DNA of 58,051 nt from an uncultured Piscirickettsiaceae bacterium. Lineage in GTDB: Bacteria; Pseudomonadota; Gammaproteobacteria; GCF-002020875. The notes under the pieces are model-generated. The model made no database searches, was not told the origin of the DNA, and worked only from the letters and a program-made list of their open reading frames with translations. Location of the stretch: NCBI GenBank assembly GCA_964344135.1, contig CAYFMF010000001.1, forward strand, positions 14,236 through 72,286, in the 5' to 3' direction. This document shows, one piece after another, positions 43,797-54,501 of the stretch. The position numbers and the translations under genes are program-made. Each line of letters opens with the position of its first letter. Position 1 is the first letter of the stretch.

Positions 43797-44704
43797 TGGA
43801 TCACACCCGCTCCGACAAGACCGATGAGGGCAGCAGGGAGGAGGAGAACGCTCTGCCAGGCGAGCGCCTGCAGAAGGTGATGGCAAGAGCCGGGATCGGC
43901 TCGCGCCGGGAGGTGGAGCGCTGGATGGAGGAGGGGCGGATCAAGGTGAACCGCAAGCCGGCCAAACCAGGCATTCGTGTCACCGCCACCGATGAGATTC
44001 GACTCAATGGCGAGCGTGTCCACCCCTTTCCAAGGGATGGCAGCAGTCAACGTGTCCGGGTGCTGCTCTACAACAAGCCGGCCGGTCAGATCACGACGCG
44101 CAAGGACCCCGAAGGGCGTGATACCGTCTTCTCCCACCTCCCCAAGATCCGGGGCGCACGCTGGATTGCAATCGGACGTCTCGACTACAACACCTCGGGG
44201 CTGCTGCTCTTTACCACGGATGGCGATCTTGCAAATCGCCTGATGCATCCCTCAGCCTCGATTGACCGGGAGTATGCGGTGCGTACCCTTGGTGAGGCCA
44301 CGGAGAGGCAGCTGCAGCAGCTGCGTGATGGTGTTCAGCTGGAGGATGGAATGGCCCGCTTCTCCGATATCGTGGATTCCGGAGGAAAGGGGACGAACCA
44401 CTGGTATCATGTGGTTCTGCAGGAGGGGCGGAATCGCGAGGTACGCCGGATGTGGGAGGCTGTCGGGCTGACAGTAAGCCGCCTGATGCGGGTCCGTTTT
44501 GGCCCGATTGTACTCGGTTCCGGGGTCAGAGTGGGCAAGAGCAGGGAGCTGAGCCGGGAGGAGATTCGTCAGCTGCAACAGGCGGCGGGAGTGGAGGTGA
44601 CAGAGCCGTTGCAGTTGGGAACCACTCAGGAGGCGAGGAGATCTCCCTCCAGAAAGGGGAAGATTCGATACAGGTCATCCAGACGGAATGAACGGTCAAG
44701 CTGA
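43796..44704 (+). CDS. rluB: 23S rRNA pseudouridine synthase RluB
   Basis: 302 aa with an S4 domain (ERLQKVMARAGIGSRREVE), the catalytic motif GRLDYNTSGLLLFT and a basic tail. Confidence 0.88.
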   Translation: MDHTRSDKTDEGSREEENALPGERLQKVMARAGIGSRREVERWMEEGRIKVNRKPAKPGIRVTATDEIRLNGERVHPFPRDGSSQRVRVLLYNKPAGQITTRKDPEGRDTVFSHLPKIRGARWIAIGRLDYNTSGLLLFTTDGDLANRLMHPSASIDREYAVRTLGEATERQLQQLRDGVQLEDGMARFSDIVDSGGKGTNHWYHVVLQEGRNREVRRMWEAVGLTVSRLMRVRFGPIVLGSGVRVGKSRELSREEIRQLQQAAGVEVTEPLQLGTTQEARRSPSRKGKIRYRSSRRNERSS

Positions 44705-45362
44705 CCTCCCCGCCCTTTTTCAACAGCTCTATCACCATTACGGCCCCCAGCAGTGGTGGCCGGCAGAGAGTCCGTTTGAGGTGATGGTAGGGGCGATTCT
44801 GACCCAGAATGCCGCATGGGAACGGGTCGAGGAGGCGGTTTCCAATCTGCGTTCTCAGCAGGTGCTGTCAGCAGAGGCAATTGTTGCGCTGCGACAGGAG
44901 GAGCTGGCGCAGCTGATCCGGCCCTGCGGCTACTTCAACCTCAAGGCAAAAAGGGTGCAGAGCTACTGTCGATGGTATCTTGAGCATGAGGCACGGCTCT
45001 GGAAGAGCGATACCGCATCCCTGCGCAGGGAGCTGCTGGGGGTCCACGGAGTTGGTCCGGAGACGGCGGATGACATTCTCCTCTATGCATTCAAGCGCCC
45101 CGTATTTGTTGTCGATGCCTATACCCGCAGGATCCTGCAACGCCTCGGCTGGCTATCCGGGGACGAGCCCTATGAGGAGATTCGCCTCTGGGTTGAGCAG
45201 ACCTTTTCCGGAGAGGAGGAGCAGGTCCGTAGAGAGCGCTTCAATGAGCTTCATGCACTGATTGTGGCCCACGCCAAGGAGCACTGCAGGAAACGTCCCC
45301 TCTGTGGTGGCTGCCCTCTCTCCTGTAGTTTTGCGCATGATTGCATTGAAAAGTGCCACTGA
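44688..45362 (+). CDS. Endonuclease III-related HhH-GPD protein with C-terminal Cys cluster
   Basis: 224 aa with VMVGAILTQNAAWERV, LLGVHGVGPETADDILLYAF and C-terminal CRKRPLCGGCPLSC. Confidence 0.8.
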   Translation: MNGQADLPALFQQLYHHYGPQQWWPAESPFEVMVGAILTQNAAWERVEEAVSNLRSQQVLSAEAIVALRQEELAQLIRPCGYFNLKAKRVQSYCRWYLEHEARLWKSDTASLRRELLGVHGVGPETADDILLYAFKRPVFVVDAYTRRILQRLGWLSGDEPYEEIRLWVEQTFSGEEEQVRRERFNELHALIVAHAKEHCRKRPLCGGCPLSCSFAHDCIEKCH

Positions 45363-45431
45363 ATTTCCTACTCTCTCCAGTAGTGGTGGAAGATATCCGG
45401 TCTTGCAATAATTCAATCAGGAGAAGAGCTC

Positions 45432-45833
45432 ATGGAAGATTTGGTTTGGGATAACGCGCTGAGTGTCCAGATTCAGGAGATTGATGAGGATCACCGCAGG
45501 CTTGTTGATCTGTTCAATATCCTGAGCCGATCCGTGAGAGAGGGTGATGCACCAGACTATATCGGTGCGGTGATGGAGGAGCTGGTCAACTGTACGGCCT
45601 GGCATTTCAGCCATGAGGAGCGGCTGATGTTGAGGTATCGATATGAGGGGGCTGACGAACACAAGAGTGAGCACCGGGAGCTGATCAGCAGTGCCAGAGC
45701 GCTTCAGCAGAGGATGGAGCAAGAGGGGAAGCCGCTCTCTGGTGAGGATATCGAGTTTCTTGAGCAGTGGCTGACCGGCCATATCCTCGGTGCCGATATG
45801 GAGCTGGGTAACCGGCTCGCCGAGGTGATGTAG
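45432..45833 (+). CDS. Hemerythrin-like metal-binding protein (bacteriohemerythrin)
   Basis: 133 aa with the His/Glu ligand pattern IDEDHRRLV, HFSHEERLM, HKSEHREL and WLTGHILGADM. Confidence 0.85.
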   Translation: MEDLVWDNALSVQIQEIDEDHRRLVDLFNILSRSVREGDAPDYIGAVMEELVNCTAWHFSHEERLMLRYRYEGADEHKSEHRELISSARALQQRMEQEGKPLSGEDIEFLEQWLTGHILGADMELGNRLAEVM

Positions 45834-46613
45834 TTACCGGGGCTGTTGCGCTATCCAGGCATTCAGGCGCTGCCCTGTAACGCCCCGGCTCTCTGGACCC
45901 ATCAGATAGAGATAGGCGCCCATTAGCTCCTCCGGCCTTGGGTTGTTGTTGGGGTTTTCACCCGGGAATGCCTTGGCACGCATCACGGTACGTGCAACTC
46001 CCGGATCAATCGTATTGACCCGGATCTCATCCTGCTCGAGTTCATCTGCAAGGATCTGTGCCATCCCCTCGTTGGCAAACTTGGAGACGGAGTAGGCGCC
46101 CCAGTAGGCACGCCCCTGCTGCCCAACACCCGAACTGGTGAAGATCATCGATGCATCGTCAGACTGCTTGAGCAGGGGGATGCAGTGTTTGCTCAGCAGG
46201 AACTCTGCCGTGACATTGACCTGCAGGGTGGTCTCCCACTGCTTGAGTGTGAAGTGCTCAATCGGGCTGAGGTCCCCAAGGTGGGCAGCGTTGTGGAGCA
46301 GGCCATCCAGGTGTCCGATCTCCTCTGCAATGCCGCCGGCCAGCCCCTGAAACTCCTTCTCTGTCGCCTTGGCAAAATCGATCGGGAAGATGTAGGGCTG
46401 CGGGTTTCCAGCAGAGACAATGGCATCGTAGGTGTCCTCAAGGCGGAAGACGGTCCTCCCTGTCAGCAGTACCGTTGCGCCATGGCGAGCATAGGACTCT
46501 GCTGCTGCACGTCCAATGCCATCACCTGCGCCTGTCACCAGTATGGTGCGCCCCTTCAGCAGATCAGGGGCGGGGGAGTAGTTCATGTTTTCGGGGATTC
46601 TCTTCTCAGTCAC
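45834..46613 (-). CDS. yciK: YciK-like short-chain dehydrogenase/reductase
   Basis: 259 aa with TGAGDGIGRAAA and YSVSK motifs. Its position near ubiG matches Pseudomonas. Confidence 0.85.
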   Translation of the reverse strand: MTEKRIPENMNYSPAPDLLKGRTILVTGAGDGIGRAAAESYARHGATVLLTGRTVFRLEDTYDAIVSAGNPQPYIFPIDFAKATEKEFQGLAGGIAEEIGHLDGLLHNAAHLGDLSPIEHFTLKQWETTLQVNVTAEFLLSKHCIPLLKQSDDASMIFTSSGVGQQGRAYWGAYSVSKFANEGMAQILADELEQDEIRVNTIDPGVARTVMRAKAFPGENPNNNPRPEELMGAYLYLMGPESRGVTGQRLNAWIAQQPR

Positions 46614-47896
46614 TCTGGTGTCTCGTCATTGTCCTGTTTCTTTGGGGTCCGGGCCAGTTTCTCGACCGGGGCAGGCTCATTCAGCTCCTTTTTGGGGTGG
46701 ATTCCCATCTCGGTAAAGCGGCGCGCACTGGGGAGCACGGTTCGCTCCAGTGAGCCAACGGCCCGGTTGAAGGCGTCCACGCCGCCCTCAAGGTTTTTCC
46801 CCACCTTTGCGAGGTGGTTGCTGAAGGTGGCCAGGCGATCGTAGAGCTGAACCCCCACCTCACGAATGGTCTCCGCATTCTTTGCAACCTCCTGCTGCTT
46901 CCACCCAAAGGCGACTGCACGGAGCAGGGCGACCAGGCTGGTTGGGGTGGCAAGAATGACCTTCTCCTTCAGTGCATCCTCGAGCAGGGTGTGGTCCCTC
47001 TCCAGGGCGCTACTGAGGAACTGATCCCCCGGGATGAAGAGGACAACAAAGTCGGGGCTCTCCTCGAACTGTGACCAGTAGCTCTTTGCGGCCAGCTCCT
47101 TGACCCGCTTGCGTACATTGCGGGTGTGACGCTCCAGCTCCTGATCACGAAGCTCGTCACTCTCTGCCTCGGTTGCATTGATGTAGGCATCAAGAGGGGT
47201 CTTCGCATCGACAATAATGGCACGTTGATCGGGCAGGTGGATTACCATGTCCGGGCGCAGGGTTCCTGACTCCCCATCGGTCTGCTGTTGTTCATGGAAA
47301 TCGGCATGTTCGACCATACCAGCCAGTTCCGCCAGCCGCTTGAGTGTCAGCTCTCCCCACTGCCCACGAACCTCCGGGCGACGCAGCGCCTGAACCAGGT
47401 TTCTTGTCTCCTGCTGGAGCTGCTGCTGAGTCAGGGTGATGCTCTCCAGGTGGTGGGTCAGGGCGCCATATTGCTCCTTGCGCTCCTTCTCGATCTCGCG
47501 CAGCTGCTTTTCACTCTTCTCCAGTGTGGTGCGGATTGGCTGAAGCAGGGCATCGATCGCCTGCTGGCGCTGCTTGAGCTCTCCCTCGGACTGGGTGTGG
47601 TGTTTGGCGAGTGACTCCCGGGCCAGTTTCAGGAAGGACTCGCTATTGTGCTGGAGTGCTCTGGAGGAGAGGTCACCGATCAGCTGGTTGAGCTGTTCCT
47701 GGTTCTTACCGCGCGCATGGGCGATCTTCTCCTCAAGATGTTTTCGCTCACTCTCCAGGGTCGCCTGGAGTCGTGCATTCTCCTCCCGCAGTTTGCTGTT
47801 CTGTTGCTGGCTCTGTTCGGACCTGCGCCACAGGATGAGGGCTGCCGCTGTTGCCGCAATCAGGATGAGAGAGAGGAGAAGTTCGCTCACAGCCAC
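46610..47896 (-). CDS. rmuC: DNA recombination protein RmuC
   Basis: 428 aa with an N-terminal TM helix, a long coiled coil and a C-terminal RmuC-type domain (FVVLFIPGDQFLSSALE). Confidence 0.88.
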   Translation of the reverse strand: MAVSELLLSLILIAATAAALILWRRSEQSQQQNSKLREENARLQATLESERKHLEEKIAHARGKNQEQLNQLIGDLSSRALQHNSESFLKLARESLAKHHTQSEGELKQRQQAIDALLQPIRTTLEKSEKQLREIEKERKEQYGALTHHLESITLTQQQLQQETRNLVQALRRPEVRGQWGELTLKRLAELAGMVEHADFHEQQQTDGESGTLRPDMVIHLPDQRAIIVDAKTPLDAYINATEAESDELRDQELERHTRNVRKRVKELAAKSYWSQFEESPDFVVLFIPGDQFLSSALERDHTLLEDALKEKVILATPTSLVALLRAVAFGWKQQEVAKNAETIREVGVQLYDRLATFSNHLAKVGKNLEGGVDAFNRAVGSLERTVLPSARRFTEMGIHPKKELNEPAPVEKLARTPKKQDNDETPE

Positions 47897-48534
47897 TCCA
47901 GAATCTCACGTGGGTGGTCAATGATTCCATCGGCGGACCATTCGGTCACCTTGTCACCATCACCCAGGTATCCGAAGCGGGCTGCAATGGTGGTCATGTT
48001 GGCCCGTCGCCCCGCCTCGATGTCACGGCTGGCATCCCCTGCATAGATGCATTGCCGGGGTTCCAGCTGCAGCAGTTCACAGGCGTGTAGCAGCGGTTTC
48101 GGGTGGGGCTTGGAGTGGTCTGTGGTATCTCCGCTGATAACACAGGCGGCTCGTTGTGAAAGGCCCAGCTGCTCCATCAGCGGTTCGGTAAAGCGGGCAG
48201 GCTTGTTGGTGACCACCCCCCAGGAGATCTCCCGTGCCTCCAGCTCTGCAAGAAGCTCCTTCATGCCGCTCATCAGGCCGGTCTCTCTGGATATGTTTTC
48301 ACTGTAGATGGTCAGCAGACGCTGCCGGTGGGACTCAAAGAGGGCCTCATCGATCTGCTCTCCAAAGCCGAGCTGAATCAGTGGAGCACTGCCATCTGAT
48401 GCCACCGGTCGAACCTTCTCAAGTGGAAGGGGAGGCTGGCCATTCTCAACCAGTACCCGGTTCAGGGCGTAGGCGAGATCGGGCGCGGTGTCCGCCAATG
48501 TGCCATCAAGATCCAGTAGTACCGCCCTGATCAT
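47887..48534 (-). CDS. HAD-IA phosphatase (phosphoglycolate phosphatase / MupP-like)
   Basis: 215 aa with motif I LLDLDGTLADT. It lies next to ubiG, as Pseudomonas mupP does. The substrate cannot be decided from sequence alone. Confidence 0.8.
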   Translation of the reverse strand: MIRAVLLDLDGTLADTAPDLAYALNRVLVENGQPPLPLEKVRPVASDGSAPLIQLGFGEQIDEALFESHRQRLLTIYSENISRETGLMSGMKELLAELEAREISWGVVTNKPARFTEPLMEQLGLSQRAACVISGDTTDHSKPHPKPLLHACELLQLEPRQCIYAGDASRDIEAGRRANMTTIAARFGYLGDGDKVTEWSADGIIDHPREILEWL

Positions 48535-49247
48535 CAGTTGCCGGTCGGGCGTGCGTGGGCAAAGTAGTTGACGTCTACATTGGCCCCCAGTGTATAGGTC
48601 ATGGTCAGGGGGTTGTAGTGCATTCCTGTGAGGTCATCGAGCAGCAGGTCGGCGCTGCGTGCCCACTGCTCCAGCTCGGCGGGCTTGATGAACTTGTCAT
48701 GCTCGTGGGTCCCCTTGGGGAGCAGCTTCAGTATATACTCGGCACCGATGATCGCCATCAGATAGGATTTCAGGTTTCGATTGATGGTGGAGAAGAAGAG
48801 GTGGCCGTCAGGCTTAGCCAGCCGGCTGCAGGCGTTGACTACGGATGATGGATCCGGAACATGCTCCAGCATCTCCATGCAGGTGACGATATCGTAGCTT
48901 GCAGGCGCTCTCTCTGCCAGCTCCTCGACGGGAATCTGCTGGTAATCGACATCGAGCCCCGACTCAAGAAGGTGGAGTCTGGCTACCGACAGTGGGGCCT
49001 CTCCCATATCGATACCGGTGACGGTGCCGCCTGCACGGGCCATCCCCTCGGAGAGGATTCCGCCACCACACCCTACATCAAGGATCCTCTTGCCATTCAG
49101 AGAGGTAAAACGCTCGATATAGTCGAGGCGCAGTGGATTCATGTCGTGCAGTGGCTTGAACTCACTGTCACGATCCCACCAGCGGTGGGCGAGTGCCTCG
49201 AATTTGGCGATCTCTTCCTGGTCTACATTGGGTCTGTTGCTGCTCAT
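48534..49247 (-). CDS. ubiG: Ubiquinone biosynthesis O-methyltransferase
   Basis: 237 aa with [10 protein letters not shown] and the SAM motif [13 protein letters not shown]. Confidence 0.93.
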   Translation of the reverse strand: MSSNRPNVDQEEIAKFEALAHRWWDRDSEFKPLHDMNPLRLDYIERFTSLNGKRILDVGCGGGILSEGMARAGGTVTGIDMGEAPLSVARLHLLESGLDVDYQQIPVEELAERAPASYDIVTCMEMLEHVPDPSSVVNACSRLAKPDGHLFFSTINRNLKSYLMAIIGAEYILKLLPKGTHEHDKFIKPAELEQWARSADLLLDDLTGMHYNPLTMTYTLGANVDVNYFAHARPTGN

Positions 49248-50557
49248 GGGGCTATTTTACTCTGCCACTGGTTTGCCTGTCGCTTCACTTTTTCCAGATC
49301 AAGCGGGATCAGCGCCCCATTGCGCACCAGATGCTCCCCGTTGACCCAGACCTCACGAACCTGGTTGCGGCTGGTTGCGTAGACCAGATGGGAGGCAACA
49401 TTGTAGATGGGGCGGCTCTCCAGTGTGCCAAGGTCGATGGCGATGATGTCTGCAGCCTTTCCTGGTCGCAGGGAGCCGGTGATTGAGTCCAGTCCCAGGG
49501 CGCGTGCACCGGAGAGGGTTGCCATCTCCAGTGCCTGATGGGCCGAGAGGGCGGTTGGATCCTCTGCAACCCCCTTTGCGAGCAGGGCCGCACTGCGCAT
49601 CTCACCAAGCAGATCAAGATCGTTGTTGCTGGCGGCGCCATCGGTCCCCAGTGCAACATTGACCCCGGCCTTGAGAAGTTTGTCGACCGGACAGAAGCCG
49701 CTGGCCAGTTTGAGGTTTGATTCGGGGCAGTGGATGATACTCACCCCACGCCCTGCAAGGAGCTGGATCTCGCCATCACTGAGTTGGGTCATGTGGACTG
49801 CGGCAAGGCGCGGTCCCAGCAGCCCCATCTGCTCCAGCCGCTGCAGTGGCCGCATTCCGGACTGCTGCATGGCCTCATCCACCTCATGGGCGGTCTCGTG
49901 GAGATGCATGTGGATCGGAATATCGAGCTCCTCGGAGAGAATCTCAATCCTCTCCAGCGGCTGGTCCGAAACGGTATAGGGGGCGTGCGGGGCGAATGCG
50001 GTATGGATGTGGGGGGAGTTGCGGTACTCATCATGAATCCTGATCCCTTTCTCCAGATACTCATCCGGACCAGAACCCCAGGCCGTTGGAAAGTCGATCA
50101 CAATCAGCCCAATGACCGCACGTATGCCGCACTGGGCGGCCACATGGGCGGTCACCTCGGGGAAGAAGTACATGTCATTGAAGCAGGTGGTTCCCCCCAG
50201 CAGCATCTCGGCAATTGCAAGTTCGCTGCCGTCCCGCACAAAGGCGTCACCGACCCACTGCTGCTCTGCGGGCCAGATGTGATCCTGCAGCCAGGTCATC
50301 AGCGGGAGGTCATCCGCAATGCCCCGCAGCAGTGACATCGCTGCATGGGTATGGGCATTGATCAGCCCCGGCATGATCGCGTGCTGCTCCAGGTTGAAGG
50401 TCTGGTTGGGCCGGTATCTGTTGCCGGCCTGCCCACTGGGCAGGAGCTCCACAATCACACCATCGTGGATCGCTACCGCATGGTTCTCCAGTATCGTTGT
50501 GCTGGGTTCAATGGGCAGAATCCAGCGTGCATGAATCAGTGTATCAATGGCTTGCAT
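49244..50557 (-). CDS. mtaD: TRZ/ATZ-family amidohydrolase, likely 5-methylthioadenosine/S-adenosylhomocysteine deaminase
   Basis: 437 aa with [12 protein letters not shown] (HxH) and HLHET motifs. It is divergent from mtnA as in Pseudomonas. Confidence 0.75.
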   Translation of the reverse strand: MQAIDTLIHARWILPIEPSTTILENHAVAIHDGVIVELLPSGQAGNRYRPNQTFNLEQHAIMPGLINAHTHAAMSLLRGIADDLPLMTWLQDHIWPAEQQWVGDAFVRDGSELAIAEMLLGGTTCFNDMYFFPEVTAHVAAQCGIRAVIGLIVIDFPTAWGSGPDEYLEKGIRIHDEYRNSPHIHTAFAPHAPYTVSDQPLERIEILSEELDIPIHMHLHETAHEVDEAMQQSGMRPLQRLEQMGLLGPRLAAVHMTQLSDGEIQLLAGRGVSIIHCPESNLKLASGFCPVDKLLKAGVNVALGTDGAASNNDLDLLGEMRSAALLAKGVAEDPTALSAHQALEMATLSGARALGLDSITGSLRPGKAADIIAIDLGTLESRPIYNVASHLVYATSRNQVREVWVNGEHLVRNGALIPLDLEKVKRQANQWQSKIAP

Positions 50558-50610
50558 CCGGGTAAGATTACGGACTCTGTCTCAAAACACAAGTCACAAG
50601 GAAAAAGCCA

Positions 50611-51657
50611 ATGATCATGGACCGCAAGGAATCCCCGGCCATCCAGTGGGATGGGGAGCAGCTGATTCTGCTGGATCAGAGAATCCTGCCGCTGCAGGAG
50701 GAGTACATAAGCTATCGGGATGTGGATGCGGTTGCTGCCGCAATCCGTGAGATGGTGGTGCGTGGTGCGCCGGCAATTGGGGTTACTGCTGCCTATGGTG
50801 TGGTACTGGCAGCCAGAAACCGGTTGGAAAACTCCGGTTCCAACTGGAGGGAGTTGCTGGATGGGGATCTGGAGCGGTTGGCGGCCGCTCGGCCAACAGC
50901 AATCAATCTGCACTGGGCAATTGAGAGGATGCGGCCACTGCTGGACAGTGAGCAGGGGGGGGTGGTTGCGCGTCTGGCTACTGAGGCGGAGATGATTCAT
51001 CGTGAGGATATAGAGTCCTGCAAGACGATGGGACGGCTTGGTGCCGCCTGTATCGATCCCGGCAGTGGTGTGTTGACCCACTGCAATGCCGGGGCCCTGG
51101 CAACAGGAGGGTATGGAACAGCACTTGGAGTGATTCGTTCGGCATGGGAGGAGCAGCGGTTGAGCGCAGTTTTTGCCGATGAGACACGGCCCTGGCTGCA
51201 GGGTGCGCGGCTGACCGCCTGGGAGCTGCTGCAGGATGGAATCCCGGTCTCGCTGCTGGCCGATGGCGCATCCTCCTGGTTGATGAAGGAGGGGAAGGTG
51301 AGCTGGGTGGTGGTCGGCTCTGACCGGATCGCGGCCAATGGCGATGTCGCCAACAAGATTGGAACCTACACAACCGCCATTGCGGCCCGCTACCATGGGG
51401 TAAAGTTCATGGTGGTGGCGCCCACCTCTACCATCGATCGTGATGTTGCCTCCGGGGAGGAGATTCCGATTGAGCAGCGTGCACCGGAGGAGCTCTTCTC
51501 CTGCAGTGGGGGGGGGCGTATGGCGGCAGAGGAGGCGGCGGGCTGGAACCCGGTTTTTGATGTCACGCCGGCAGAGCTGGTGGATGTTATTGTCACTGAG
51601 CGTGGCGTGGTCGAGAACCCCAATCGGGAGAAAATTAGCGCCCTCTTTTCGGACTAG
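50611..51657 (+). CDS. mtnA: S-methyl-5-thioribose-1-phosphate isomerase
   Basis: 348 aa with [22 protein letters not shown] and [20 protein letters not shown] motifs. Confidence 0.9.
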   Translation: MIMDRKESPAIQWDGEQLILLDQRILPLQEEYISYRDVDAVAAAIREMVVRGAPAIGVTAAYGVVLAARNRLENSGSNWRELLDGDLERLAAARPTAINLHWAIERMRPLLDSEQGGVVARLATEAEMIHREDIESCKTMGRLGAACIDPGSGVLTHCNAGALATGGYGTALGVIRSAWEEQRLSAVFADETRPWLQGARLTAWELLQDGIPVSLLADGASSWLMKEGKVSWVVVGSDRIAANGDVANKIGTYTTAIAARYHGVKFMVVAPTSTIDRDVASGEEIPIEQRAPEELFSCSGGGRMAAEEAAGWNPVFDVTPAELVDVIVTERGVVENPNREKISALFSD

Positions 51658-51738
51658 ATCTGGTACAATTTGTCGTTTGAATGGGGCGATATTTCTCTTC
51701 TCCCCATAGCAACCCGTAGCACCAGAATAGCCAGATTA

Positions 51739-54294
51739 ATGACTGAATTTGCAAAGGAAGTTCTCCCGGTCAATATCGAGGAGGAGATGCGGCAGTCGTA
51801 CCTCGATTATGCGATGAGTGTCATCGTCGGGCGTGCGCTTCCAGATGCCAGGGATGGACTCAAGCCTGTTCATCGCAGAGTGCTCTACGCGATGAGCGAG
51901 CTGGGTAATGACTGGAACAAGGCCTACAAGAAATCGGCCCGTATTGTTGGTGATGTGATCGGTAAATATCACCCGCATGGTGATACTGCCGTCTATGACA
52001 CCATTGTCCGCATGGCGCAGCCCTTCTCGCTGCGTTACATGCTGGTGGATGGTCAGGGCAACTTCGGATCGGTGGATGGTGATTCGGCCGCGGCGATGCG
52101 TTATACCGAGATTCGGATGTCGAAGATCGCCCACGATCTGCTGGCCGATCTGGACAAGGAGACGGTCGACTTTATTCCCAACTACGATGAGAGTGAGCAT
52201 GAGCCCTCGATTCTGCCGACCCGTCTTCCCAACCTGCTGATCAATGGCTCCGAGGGAATTGCGGTGGGGATGGCGACCAAGATCCCTCCCCACAACCTGA
52301 CCGAGGTGGTGAGTGCAACCATCGCACTGATTGATGATCCCGATCTCGATATTCCCGGCCTGATGGAGCATCTTCCGGGCCCCGATTTTCCTACTGGTGC
52401 CATTATCAACGGGGTCAAGGGGATTCATGAGGCCTACAAGAGCGGCAGGGGGAGAATCTATCTGCGTGCCCGTACCCATGTTGAGGGGGAGGAGGGTCAG
52501 AAACAGACCCTGGTGGTGGATGAGCTCCCCTACCAGGTCAACAAGGCGCGTCTGCTGGAGCGGATTGGAGAGCTGGTTCGTGAGAAGAAGCTGACTGGGA
52601 TCTCGGCACTGCGCGATGAGTCCGACAAGGATGGAATGCGCATGGTGATCGAGCTGAAGCGGGGAGAGGTTGCCGATGTGGTGCGCAACAATCTCTTCAA
52701 GCAGACCGCGATGCAGAACGTCTTCGGTATCAATATGGTGGCCCTGGTGGATGGGCAGCCCCGTCTGCTCAATTTGAAGCAGACACTGGAGGTCTTTGTT
52801 CGTCACCGTCGTGAGGTGGTGACCCGGCGCACCCTGTTTGAGTTGCGCAAGGCGAGAGAGCGTGCCCACATTCTGGAGGGGCTGGCGATCGCCCTGACCA
52901 ATATTGATCCAATCATTGCACTGATCAAGGCGTCGGCAACCCCGGCCGAGGCAAAACAGAAGCTGGCTGCTCAGGGGTGGCCGCCGGGAATTGTGGTGGA
53001 GATGCTGGATCGTGGGGATGCGGCTGATACCCGCCCCGAGGATCTGACGGATGGATATGGACTGATTGAGGGGCTCTACCATCTCTCACCGACCCAGGTG
53101 CAGGCCATTCTTGACCTCAAGCTCCACCGCCTGACCGGGCTGGAGAAGGAGAAGATCCTCGATGAGTACCGCACTCTGCTGGAGCGTATTGCCGAGCTGC
53201 TCCATATCCTGCGTGATCCGGACCGCCTGATGGAGGTGATCCGTGAGGAGCTGGTGGAGATGCGTGACAGGTATGGGGATGATCGCAAGACAGAGATTGT
53301 GCAGACCCAGGTGGATTTGTCACTGGAGGATCTGATCAGTGAAGAGGATGTGGTGGTGACACTCTCCCATGGGGGGTATGTCAAGGCGCAGCCGATCTCC
53401 GATTACCGGGCGCAGCGCCGTGGGGGTCGAGGGAAGACGGCAGCAGCGATCAAGGATGAGGATTTCGTCGATCGGCTGATTGTGGCCAATACCCATGACA
53501 CAATCCTCTGCTTCTCGACCCGGGGGCGCCTCTACTGGATGAAAGTCTATCAGCTGCCACAGGCCGGAAGGACAGCACGTGGTAAGCCGATCAATAACCT
53601 GTTGCCACTGGATGAGGGGGAGCGGATTACCGCCTTCCTGCCGGTTCGTGAGTACAACGAGGATCAGTTCATCTTTATGGCTGCAACCAGCGGCATCGTC
53701 AAGAAGACCCCGCTGACCGCATTCTCGCGTCCACGGACAGCGGGCATTATCGCTGTGGAGCTAAGGGATGATGATGAGCTGGTGGGTGTGGAGCTGACCA
53801 GTGGCAAGAGCGACATCATGCTCTTTGCAAGCGGTGGAAAAGCGGTCCGTTTCCCCGAGTCAACGGTTCGTGCAATGGGTCGAACCGCCCGTGGAGTGAA
53901 GGGGATGCAGATTAATGCAGGTGAGCGCATCATCTCTCTGCTGGTGCCGGAGAAGAGCCATGTTCTGACTGCCACCGAACATGGTTACGGCAAGCGCACC
54001 CCAATCGAGGAGTACCCCTGCAAGGGGCGTGGTACCAAGGGGGTGATATCGATTCAGACCTCGGAGCGCAATGGCGCTGTCGTTGGTGCAGTTCAGGTGG
54101 ATGAGGATGAGGAGATCATGATGATCTCCAGTGGTGGTGTGCTGGTCCGTACCCGTGTAGCGGAGGTCTCAACCCAGGCGCGCAATACACAGGGCGTTAC
54201 CCTGATTCGTCTCGGAGACGAGGAGCGCCTGGTGGGGATCGAGCGGGTCGAGGAGAGTGACGAGGAAGAGAGCACACAGGAAGAAGATTCGTAA
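51739..54294 (+). CDS. gyrA: DNA gyrase subunit A
   Basis: ORF trimmed to ATG 51739 ([17 protein letters not shown]). QRDR region [14 protein letters not shown], active-site [10 protein letters not shown], and an acidic C-terminal tail. Confidence 0.97.
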   Translation: MTEFAKEVLPVNIEEEMRQSYLDYAMSVIVGRALPDARDGLKPVHRRVLYAMSELGNDWNKAYKKSARIVGDVIGKYHPHGDTAVYDTIVRMAQPFSLRYMLVDGQGNFGSVDGDSAAAMRYTEIRMSKIAHDLLADLDKETVDFIPNYDESEHEPSILPTRLPNLLINGSEGIAVGMATKIPPHNLTEVVSATIALIDDPDLDIPGLMEHLPGPDFPTGAIINGVKGIHEAYKSGRGRIYLRARTHVEGEEGQKQTLVVDELPYQVNKARLLERIGELVREKKLTGISALRDESDKDGMRMVIELKRGEVADVVRNNLFKQTAMQNVFGINMVALVDGQPRLLNLKQTLEVFVRHRREVVTRRTLFELRKARERAHILEGLAIALTNIDPIIALIKASATPAEAKQKLAAQGWPPGIVVEMLDRGDAADTRPEDLTDGYGLIEGLYHLSPTQVQAILDLKLHRLTGLEKEKILDEYRTLLERIAELLHILRDPDRLMEVIREELVEMRDRYGDDRKTEIVQTQVDLSLEDLISEEDVVVTLSHGGYVKAQPISDYRAQRRGGRGKTAAAIKDEDFVDRLIVANTHDTILCFSTRGRLYWMKVYQLPQAGRTARGKPINNLLPLDEGERITAFLPVREYNEDQFIFMAATSGIVKKTPLTAFSRPRTAGIIAVELRDDDELVGVELTSGKSDIMLFASGGKAVRFPESTVRAMGRTARGVKGMQINAGERIISLLVPEKSHVLTATEHGYGKRTPIEEYPCKGRGTKGVISIQTSERNGAVVGAVQVDEDEEIMMISSGGVLVRTRVAEVSTQARNTQGVTLIRLGDEERLVGIERVEESDEEESTQEEDS

Positions 54295-54347
54295 TTTTGG
54301 AAATTGTATAAAGCGTTGCGTAAGTATTGGTAGTTCCAATCTACAGC

Positions 54348-54375
54348 CGCCTGCGGCCATGGATGGCCGCAGGCG
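54348..54375. other. Perfect 13-bp GC-rich hairpin downstream of gyrA (no U-tract)
   Basis: CGCCTGCGGCCAT-gg-ATGGCCGCAGGCG. It could be a terminator-like or REP-like stem. Confidence 0.4.
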
Positions 54376-54501
54376 AGCGATATCACCCTGCAAAGCACCA
54401 CTTTGTTGTGGTGAGACATGATGTACTTGAGTGTACTGTAGGCAGGAGCTGCCACTGCTTATGCAACAACTGTTAGTGGGTTAAGTAAGGAAGCTTAGAA
54501 G

